From: Octopus bimaculoides | Taxonomy: Eukaryota | Direction of reading: 5' to 3' | NCBI RefSeq assembly: GCF_001194135.2 | Contig: NC_069006.1 | Location: forward strand, 16,891,008-16,955,007 | Length of the DNA stretch: 64,000 bases | Shown: one piece after another, positions 52,771 to 63,800 of the stretch | Layout of the letters: each line of letters begins with the position of its first letter | Position numbering within the stretch: the first letter of the stretch is position 1 | Made by a program: the position numbers and the translations under genes | Notes under the pieces: model-generated | The model's input: the letters and a program-made list of their open reading frames with translations, nothing else | Database searches by the model: none | Told to the model about the DNA's origin: nothing

Positions 52771-55700
52771 ATGGGCTTCTTTCAGTTTCTGTCTACTATA
52801 TCCATTCACAAGGCTTTGGTCGGCTACTTACTTGCTCAAGGTGTTATGCTGTGGGACTGAACCTGGAAGCATGTGGTTGGGATGCAAGCGAGAGGCTGGG
52901 TCTGGCTAATTTGATCAAAAAAAAAAAAAAGGTTGAATATTTTGACCAGATATGGGTGGCTTCAATGCTAGAAGTTTAAGGCAGTATTGAAAGTGATTAG
53001 GGTACTGCTGGTTTATATGATCAGGGAGCTCATGCAAACTATCAGTACCCAAGCTGGGACTCAGGGGCCCACAAACAAAGTTCTGGGTTGAGTTCAAAAT
53101 ATCTTGAGTCGATAGGCCTTTAAAAAGTCTAGGATTTAATGGGAAAACGCAGTTAAATAAAATGAGTCCTTGATAATGGGTTTATATTCTGCTGTCTGCC
53201 TAAGTGTATATCTTTTACTTGTTTCAGCCATTAAACTGTGGTCATGCTGGGGCACCATGTTGAACAATTTATTTTTGTTGAATGAATTGACCCCAGTATT
53301 TTTTTTAAAGCCTGGTGCTTATTCTATTGGTCTCTTTTGCTGAACTACTAAATTACTGGGATATAAACACACTAGCACTGGTTGTCAAGCAGTGATGGGG
53401 GACAAATACACACACACACACACACACGACAGGATTCTTTCAGTCCCCATCTACTAAATCGACCCATAAGGCTTCGGTCTGCCTGAGGCTATAGTAGAAG
53501 ACACTTGCCCAATGTACCACACAGTAGGACTGAACCCAGAACCATGTGGCTGGGACAGTATATGTTTATAAAGTATATTTATATATCTATAAAGTATAAA
53601 ATAATTTGGGACAGTGTATATCTATAAAGTATATTTATATATTTGTAGAGTATATTTGTACATTTATAAAGTATATTTGTGTGAAATCTCCACAAGTTTT
53701 GCCAAATTTCACTCATTGTTTTTTTTTCCTTTCCAGTTTTTGCCCAACAGATGTGAAGTTCACCACATGCTCTGATGATGGCACTGTTCGGATCTGGGAC
53801 TTCCAGAGATGTCATGAAGAAAAAATTCTGAGAGGTTAGTTTCTCTGTTGCAGGAATTTATATGCTACACCTGCAGTTCACCGTTCTGTCTACTGAATAG
53901 AGGGAGAGCAGGACTGTAAAGGGAGCTTCTATATGGTTATTAGATTAAGAAATTGCAACCCAAATCCCTCAAATTTCATCCTACTGACTTGCAAAAGGAA
54001 TGTAGATACACAATTCTTAAGAAAAAGATGGAATGGTCATAGCTGGAAGGTCTTTAATCATAGGCCTGCATGGTGAGGGTTAAGAAGAGGAGACAGGCTC
54101 ATTGTATTTTCAGGCCTTTAACCCTTCAGCATTTGGATTACTCTATCAAATGCAATGCTTATTTATTCACATTGTTTTGAATTAATCTTGCATTATCTTG
54201 TTAGTCTGAAGGATGAGAGAGGGAGAGAGGTGGTAGGGTAGGTATATATCAGAAAGGTTTATTTATATATCTATAAAGGTAAATGAAATATATCTACATA
54301 TCTATAAATTCTGTATTTCTGAGATATCCAGCTGTAAAAATCATGCTAAAACAGACAGTAAAACCTGGTATAGTCCTTTGGTTTGCCATCTCCTATCACA
54401 CCATCCCACCCATGTCAGCATGGAAAACAGACATTAAATGATGGTGATAATGAACAATAATTCATCTCAGACATTTCAGCATTTAGACATTTTGTTATAT
54501 GGTATTTCTCATCACTGGTTTTCTTTTTTTTCTTCTTCTTTTAAGGTCATGGAGCTGATGTCAAATGTGTTGATTGGCATCCACAGAAGGCACTCATTGC
54601 TTCTGGCAGTAAAGACAACCAACAACCCATTAAACTGTGGGACCCTAAGACATCGCAGTCTTTAGCTACAATGTAAGACCTGTGTTTCTATTCATGTGTG
54701 TGTGTGTGTTTTTCTCTTCTATTTTTAATTATTTGAACTCTTTCTCTAAGGAAGAAGCTGGTTTCTAACAAACATACAAAGCTCCTTCATTGGAATGTGG
54801 ATAATAAAAGCAAATTTGCATTTTAATCTTGAGAAAAGTCTTGCATATGTTTACTGTTCCACTTACAGTTTGTATTTGTAATATGCGAGTTAGTTGGTTG
54901 ATTTCTTTTTCTGAAAACCTTAGCTTATCCAGATTGTCAGACTGTCACAAAACCAAGTGCACCGATTATTATTATTGGTATAAGTGTAAATTTATAATCT
55001 GGATGTAGAAGCTGGAGGCTTCAAAGCATTTATCCAGGACAGCTAGCCTCTATGATACATTTTCTTATCTGCTTGCTTTTCTGTATTCATGCATGCATGT
55101 GCATAAATTCCTATGTTAGCATGCGAATGTGTTGCTAATGGACAGTACCCACCTTGTGTTTATTGATATATTCATAAAAATGCAGTGGTTATGAGTTCAT
55201 GCCACACCTGGGGGTGGGGGTAATATTTTAGGGGTAGGCATGGCTGTGTGATTAAAAAGTTTGCTGTGCAGTGATGTGGTCTTGAGTTTCATCCTATTAT
55301 GTGACCCTTTAGGCAAATGACTTTTGCACTGTCCTTGGGCTGACCATTGCCTTGGGAGTGAAATTTGGTTGGCAGAAACCAACTGTACGGAAGCCTCTGT
55401 GTGTGTGTGTTAGTTTCTGTGTCTTTACATTGAGCTACAATGATGTTTGTTTCTGTTTCCTGTTAACATCATGTCTCATAAGCTAAGCAGTTTTGACATA
55501 TGAAACTAGTAGAATGAAAAATATGTTACTTTTGAAACAAGTAAGGTTTGATGACAGAAAGAGCATCTGACTACAGAATATTGTCATAATGACTTGACTA
55601 ACCTGTGCCATCATGGCAAAAATGGACTTGAAAGTAGGGATTATGATGAAGAGATGGTGGATGCTGATGTTGATGACAGTGACAATGATGATGAGCATGG

Positions 55701-58391
55701 TATGATTATTATTATGAGGATGATAATGATGATGATGGTGGTGGTGGCCGCAGCACTTTGTCAGCTGTAATTGAACCATTTATTCTGTAATATTGATTTC
55801 TTGTTCATTTATGAGTAATCCCCACAATGCTCCTTCACTCCCTTTATCTTTTGCTGCAGCCATGCTCACAAGAGTACTGTGATGGAATTGAAATGGAACA
55901 GAAATGGTAACTGGCTATTGACAGCATCGAGGGACCATTTGTTGAAGTTGTTTGATATTCGCAACATGAAAGAAGAAATGCAGACATTCAGGGGCCACAA
56001 AAAGGAAGCAACTGGTAAGGGTCGTCATTATATTTTCTAAGAAGGGATCAAATCTATGGGTTGGTTCTTAGGGTCCTCCTTAGTGATAATGTTTGGGACA
56101 TTAGTGTGTGTTTCATTGTTATGTAAATCCTTACAATTGTTTTCTTTTTATTATTATTTTTTTTTCCTGTCCATTGTTGTTTATTAATTTCAGTTATTTA
56201 GAGAAAATAAGTGAAATGGTGGTGAAGGAAAAACTCTTTACTATTGGCAACGTAGTTATTAGTTCAAAACTGCAGGGTAATTTGACGTGACCCTCGTAAG
56301 AAACATGCTGCTTTAGGTTTTACTGCAAGCACAACTGTTACTGCTTTAATTACACAACTGTAGGAGAAGGATTATGGAAGGTGTTACAGGGTTAACTGGC
56401 GATCTTTCGTTTTGATTACATTTTATGTCATTTCTAATCCACGTGCGTTTGTTTATGTTTCTGAACAAGATTGTCGCTTTCCATAAAAGGGTTTTAGGGT
56501 TAGGGTTAGGGAATTCCGTCCCTAACCCCAACCGTAACCCTAGCCGTAACCGTAACCCTAACCCTAACCATAACCGTAACCCTAACCCTAAAACCCTTTT
56601 ACGGAAACATAAACAAACGCATGTGGATTAGAAATGACGTAAATTGTAATCAAAACGAAAGATAGCCGGGTTAACTCTCTAGCATTCATATTACTCTGTC
56701 AAATGTAATGCTTGTTTATTCATATTGTTTTGAATTGATCATGCATTGTCTTGTAGCTTTGAGATTACAACAATGTGATTGTATATTATTAGAAGAGTAG
56801 GCGTGAGAAGTGAGATCTGGCCAGTTTGAACATAAAATGGGTTGAATATTTGGGCCAGATATGGCCAGTTTAAATGCTAGAGAGTTAATCATGCATTATC
56901 TCATAGTTTTGAGATTTCAATGATGTGATTCTTTGTTTTAAGAATGACATTGTAGAGTAGGTCTGATAGGCTAGACCTGGCCAGTTAGATCATAAAACAT
57001 GTTGACTATATGGCCCAGATATGGCCAGTTTAAATACAAAAAGGTGAAACTTATAATGCGTTGGTCCTATATAATCTGTGATGACATGATCCTCTATAGT
57101 ATAAGGATTATTGTCAGTATAGGGTGAGAGTGTGGGATATATGGATTTGTAGACCTTAGGTAGAGGGTTTGAATGTAGTGAAAAAATTAGTGTTTAGGAT
57201 TTGAGTATAAGATTAAGATGAGTGTAGGATTGGCATATAAGGTTATAGATTAGTGCTTGAAAACAGGTGAGCATTAGCAACAGGAAGGGCATCCGGTCAT
57301 GTTTATGTAAGGTGAGTGTGTAGATGTGTTTATATGTGTATGACAGAATGTAAATGTTACTTTATTTTGTTGTTGTTGTTGTTGTTGTTGATGTGATAAT
57401 TTTGGTTCTATTTATAATGTTTGGGTAGATTCCCTCAGTCGCTGTGACTTGGTGGTGCTTGTATAAATTTGGGTTATACGGGTTGTGAATGTAAACAATT
57501 TTAGTGAGCAAGTACTTTTGAGAAAGGTTTGTAGGGTGCTGACTAAACTGATAGTATTGAGTTACGTCCCTTGATAGGTTGTCTGATCAAATCTTGTTGA
57601 GCTCGACATTGCTGATCTTCTGGGTTAGATAAAATAGATTTCAGTTGGATGGTAGAGTAGCTGATGACAAAGCACATTGTTGTGTTTTGTTACATTACTT
57701 ATCCCTGGAAATTGTTTGCCTTGGGCCAAAATTTGAAACCATTGTAATCAACTAAATACCTCTCCCCTAAAATTTGTGGCTAAATCTCAATATCAGATTT
57801 TTATTATTTGTTCATAATTTCTTTGCTCTGTTTTTTTTTTTTCAGCTGCTGCTTGGCACCCAATTCATGAGGGACTGTTCTGCAGTGGAGGATCAGATGG
57901 AACCATTATGTTCTGGCAAGTAGGGTAGGTATCATCATCATCATCGTTTGACGTCCGCTTTCCATGCTAGCATAGGTTGGACGATTTGACTGAGGACTGG
58001 TGAAATTGAACTCAGGACATAAAGACAGACGAAATACCGCTAAGCATTTTGCCTGGCGGCGTGCTAACGTTTCTGCCAGCTCACCGCCTGCCTTTAATGA
58101 TAATATTGTTCATGTTTGATGGTTTCAGTAGTGAGAAGCTGCTAGAAATAGTGAATGAATGAGGGACAGTGACGAAAACCCAATACAAAAATGTGAACAT
58201 ACAGGCGCAGGAGTGGCTGTGTGGTAAGTAGCTTGCTTACCAACNNNNNNNNNNNNNNNNNNNNNNNNNNNNNNNNNNNNNNNNNNNNNNNNNNNNNNNG
58301 GGCAAGTGTCTTCTACTATAGCCTCGGGCCGACCAAAGCCTTGTGAGTGGATTTGGTTGACGGAAACTGAAAGAAACCCGTCGTATATATG

Positions 58392-58422
<31 letters not shown>

Positions 58423-59056
58423 TTGTGTGTCTGTCCCCCAAACATCGTTTGACAACCGATGCTTGTGTGTTCACGTCCCCGTAACTTAGCGGTTCGGCAA
58501 AAAGAGACCAATAGAATAAGTACTAGGTTTCCAAAGAATAAATCCTGGGGTCGATTTGCTCGACTAAAGGCGGTGCTCCAGCATGGCCGCTGTCAAATGA
58601 CTGAAACAAGTAAACGAGAGTATACAAACAAAATAAATTAAATATACATTATACAAACAAATAAAAAAAAATGGCCTTGAATATATAGTTTAAAGCAAAG
58701 GAAACGTCCTATAGGACAGGAAACTAAAAAAAACGAATGATGGAAAAACAAATCATGTTGAAAGTGTGTGTGTGTGTGTCATTATAAGACCGTCATGTTG
58801 ATATTTAATGTTTCTCTTTCTCAGAATTGACAAAGAAGTAGGTGGAATGGAAGAAGCCCATGAAGGGATGGTATGGAGTCTGGCATGGCATCCTATGGGA
58901 CACATTTTAGCATCTGGTTCCAATGACCACACCACGTAAGTCTTTCAGCATCTATTATATACACATTACCATTATACACATACAACACTCGCAAAGTTCA
59001 TGCGGCATGTTTTAACATATTACTCCTGATGATTATGCTACATAAGTTTCACAAAA

Positions 59057-59090
<34 letters not shown>

Positions 59091-60799
59091 NNNNNNNNNN
59101 NNNATATATAGTTTTAGGGAAAAGAACCAAGGTTTATGAACTCATCGATGAAAATCCACTGTCATATATAGAAAAAATTGGTTCTTTTCCCTAATACTAT
59201 ATATTTATATATATTTTATACTGTGAAACTTAAATTAATTTTAATTTTTAGTAATTGATTTTAATTGAGTTTTTACCTGTAATTTTGGATTTTATCCCTA
59301 ATATTATTATTAATATATATATATATATCATCAATCATCATCATCTTTGTCAACATTTAACATCTGATTTCCATGCTGGCATGGGTTGGACAGCTTGACA
59401 GGAACTGGCAAGGCCAGAACCTGTTCCAGTTTCCATAGTTTGTTTCAGCTTGTTTCTATGGCTGGATGCCAACCACTTTACAGAGCGTACTGATTGCTTT
59501 TAACATGGCACCAGTGCATTTTATGTGGTACCGTCACCAGTGCTTGTTATGTAACAAAATCACCAGTGCATCTTAAGTGGCACTGGCACAAATGCATTTT
59601 ATGTAGCACCAGCACCTGTGTTTTCAACTTGGAACCAGCACCAGAGCTTTTTACCTAGTACCGTCACCAGTGCTTTTCACGTGGCACCATCACCAATGCA
59701 TTTTACATAGCACTAGAGTTGCTTTTTATGTGGCACCATCACCAGTGCTTTTTAAGATGGCACCATCACCAATGCTGGCCTTGTGGGAAATATTGCCTTG
59801 CTTGGAAAAGCAGATGAGAGTTGGTGGCAGGAAAAGCATCCAGCTGTAGAAAATCTGCCTTGACAGATTCCATCTGACCCATACAAGCATAGAAAAATGG
59901 ATGTTAAAGGAAGATGATGATGCTAACGAGAAGAAAATTCATTGAAATATTCTCACATAGGTATGGACATGGTTGTGTGGTGAGAAGCTTGCTTCCTAAC
60001 CACATGGTTTAACATTCTGTCCCACTGCTTGGCACCTTAGGCAAATGTCTTCTACTATAGCCTTAGGCCGACCAAAGCCTTGTGAGTGGATTTAGTAGTT
60101 GGAAACTGAAAGAAGCCCTTCGAGTATATGTATATATATATGTATCTATGTGTTGTGTCTTTGCATCTGTGTTTGTCCTCTGCCTACCACTTGACAACCA
60201 GTGCTCGTGTATTTACGTCTCTGTAACTTAGCAGTTTGGCAAAAAAGACCAAAAGAGTAAGTAACAACTTATGAAAAAATAAGTACTGGGAGTTGATACA
60301 TTTCTACTAAAATTACCAGGCAGTGCCCCAACTTGGCCGCAGTGAAATGATTGAAACAAGTAAAAAGTAATTATGCAAGAGAGATAACTCCAAAAATTTC
60401 AGTTGACCAAAAATTAAGCCAGATTATGCAGGAGTAGAAATGTGTCTGAATTTTGGTCTTGTTTGTTCTCATTAGGAAAGAAAAGTCAGTAAAATACTAT
60501 ATGATTGTAGTTGGTTACTTGGACACACTAGAAATGTCACAATATGCTGCATCTCTTAATTAAGCGCCAGTTAAACAATATTGTTAGTATTGTTAAGATA
60601 TATTTTCTTTAAATATACAAATGAAAAATTTTAATTTAACGAAAAATTTTAATTTTAATTATAAGTGCAAAATATACCTGTAGTTGTTTGCTATAGTAAT
60701 TGGGATACTTAAAATAGTTATGCAGTCTACCTTAGCAAATCCTGTTCAGCCCATGTAAGTATGGAAAATTGGATGTTAAAATGGCAATGTTGATAAATG

Positions 60800-60840
<41 letters not shown>

Positions 60841-63800
60841 TTATTAAAATTTTCTATTCTTCTGTTTTAAAAAGGAAATTCTGGACACGTAACCGGCCCG
60901 GTGATAAAATGAGAGATCGGTACAATTTGAACACACTACCTCTAGGAATGGATCAAGAGGCTGCTGATTGTGGTAAGGTCTTAGTTTTTTGTAGATGATT
61001 CTTAAGAATGTTTATTTTCACATTAAGCTAACAGTGGTAACTGAGCATTTGAAGAAAAAAAATTTATATTAATTTGTATAGCTAAATAATGGTTTCAAAT
61101 TTCATACAAGGCAAGCAGTTTTAGGGCGAGGACAAATGGATTACATTGACACTAGTACATAACTGGTACTTATCTCATGGACCCTGGAAAGATGAAAGGC
61201 AAAGTCGACCTCAGCAGCATTTGAACTCAGTACATAAAGAGCTGGAAGAAATGCCACTAAACATTTTTGTCTGGTACAGTAATGATTCTGCCAACTTGCT
61301 GCCTTTGGATAGATAAATAATGAAAGCGAATTTCTTGGGAAACTTTATTTATTTGAGAGATGCACTGTTACCTAGTGGGACTCGTACTTCTGTTAGAAGG
61401 CCCTTGACAACAATTTTGGACCAATTATCCTTATCTTCACATTTGTGTGTATTAACATATCTAAGACAACAGTTCTCAGCTGTGGCCCTCAAGCATCCTT
61501 CTGGCAGCCTTCAAACATCCTTTTGGCAGCCCTCAAGTGTCCTTCTGGTGGCTCTCAAATGTCCTTCAGACAGCCCCAGAGTGTCCTTCTGGTGGCTCTC
61601 AAGTATGCTTCCAGCAGCCTTCAATGGTCTTCCCTTTATAAATATAAATTTTTTTTTAATTGATTTGTGTTTTATATTTTTTTGGTCTGGGCCCCTAAAA
61701 AGAAGAATCCAGGTTTCAGATCTGACCCTGATATTAAAAAGATTGACAGCCACTGCTCTAAGACCTTTGTCTGGTGAATGTTTATATTCCCTGTTTTCCA
61801 GTAAGTACATTGGCATGACCACAGAACATTGTAAAGATGTTTTGCAGCATTTCTTCTGACACTCTGCATTCCGAGTTCTAATGAGGCTGAGGTCAACTTT
61901 GCTTTTCATCCTTTCAGGGTTAATAAAATAAAGAAGTGGTCATCTATGTGATGAACCCCTCCCCCCAACCAATTTCAGGTCTGTTTTTAAGAATGGGGGT
62001 ATTTGGCAGAATCAGTAGAGCATTGATAACAATGATGAATGACATGCAGTATTTGTTTCACTCTTTATGTTCTGGGTTCAAGTTTCAGGCCTTGTGCCTA
62101 TAATAGAAAGAATTGTTGGCATACCAGATTAAATGCTTAGTGACGTGTCATCTGTCTGTAGGTTCTGAGTTCAAATCCTATCAAATTTGCCTTTCATCAT
62201 TTTGGGGTCAATGAAATGAGTAGCAGTTGAAGACTGGGAGGTTGATGTAATTGACTAGCCCTTCCCCAACCAGAATTTCAGACCTTGTGCTTATGATAGA
62301 GAGGACTGTTATTATTGTTGTTGTTTTTGTTGTTGTATTAATTTTTCCTCTCATTCTATTCTCATATGGCTCCAGATTACGAACAGATAACCACACATCT
62401 ACCTGGAATGGGTCTTGAACAATTTCCAGAGAAAGAACAGAAAATGAAAGGTAACTTATCATCTCCATCATTTTTGTCATTTAATTCACTCACTCCTACA
62501 AGCTGTATTAGAATGAACACGTCATCTATTGAGTTGTAGTTCCTATAGAAACCTACTTGCTCTCTTGGCTGTGGGTTGTTGAGGTGTTTTGATAGTCCGG
62601 TGACTATGACTTTTGTAAACAGCTTATATAGGTGAAACAAAAGGCATTTGGGGCTTACTCCAGAAGACCAAGGCAATTCAAGTATTGAAGCTCTTGCAAA
62701 AGTATTGGGCACTACTCTTCATTGTCTGATTAACTTAATTGTTGTTTAACCCCAGGTCAGCTCTGGTGGTTCAGATATGTGACCAAAGGTTATGCAGCTG
62801 TGACAATGATATTTCATTTGAGTTCTGTTATATATCCTAGTTTTCCTGTTGTTCTTATACTTTTTCTTTATGTTTTTGTTTATTTCCAGAGCTATCTAGT
62901 TTAAGTTGTGGTAGTGGCAGTGACAATGATCTTCCTGCAATTCCTGGACTGGATTGGGTTGCAGATGAACAGTACTTAAAGCAACAAAATGAACAGAGGA
63001 TACCTCGCAAAAGGGTACCATATGCTCGGCCTGTGCCGAAGAACTTTGAGCAGGCTTGGCTCGGGCAGAAACCAACCGGAGTGGCAGGTACTGATGGGAA
63101 CCAACAAAAACCTCCTGCACAGAAAGACGATAGTACAACGCCAGCAGCCAACCTTCCACCTCAGTCTAGAGATGGTGTGACCCCAGCTAATCAACCACAG
63201 ACTACCCCACATGCTGCTGCTAATCAGACAGTCTCTGCTCCTCCACAGCCAGGAAAGATGCTTGGCAATCAACTCAGTCTGCCCCCAAATATGCCCCCAC
63301 CTCCCCAAATGCAAGGAGGCCCAATGAACATGAATGCACCTCCACCTCCTCTTCCAATGGGTGGTCAGGTGATGCACCCTATGGCTCAAGGACCTCAGTC
63401 TATACAACCACCAGGCATGATAGGCCCTCCGAATATGACTGGTATGCCTCAGGGATCACGTCCTCCGGTACATAATCCAATGAGTAAGTATTAAATTTCA
63501 AATGCTTAAAAGGACTTATATCGTATAATTCTACTATATAGTTTTATCATGCAATTCTGTGATGCAGTTCTACCACATAGCTCTACTACACAAATTCTAC
63601 CGTATGCTTATATATCATTTCTCTCACACAGTCCTTTCACACTGTTCTACCATGTAGTTCTATCATTCAGAAACATTATCATCATAAACATCATCATCAT
63701 AAACATCATTGTCATCATCATCAACAATAACAAAAAGCATTATCATCATCACCATTCCACCACCTTCATCATCATTGTCACATCATCACAAACATCATCA

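Larger units (their letters stand above)
6694..59103. other. Assembly gaps: 6694-7095, 10819-11350, 35370-35630, 38031-38294, 45073-45776, 50978-51009, 58245-58299, 59091-59103
   Basis: N runs, mostly next to microsatellites, SINEs or inverted repeats. Confidence 0.98.
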
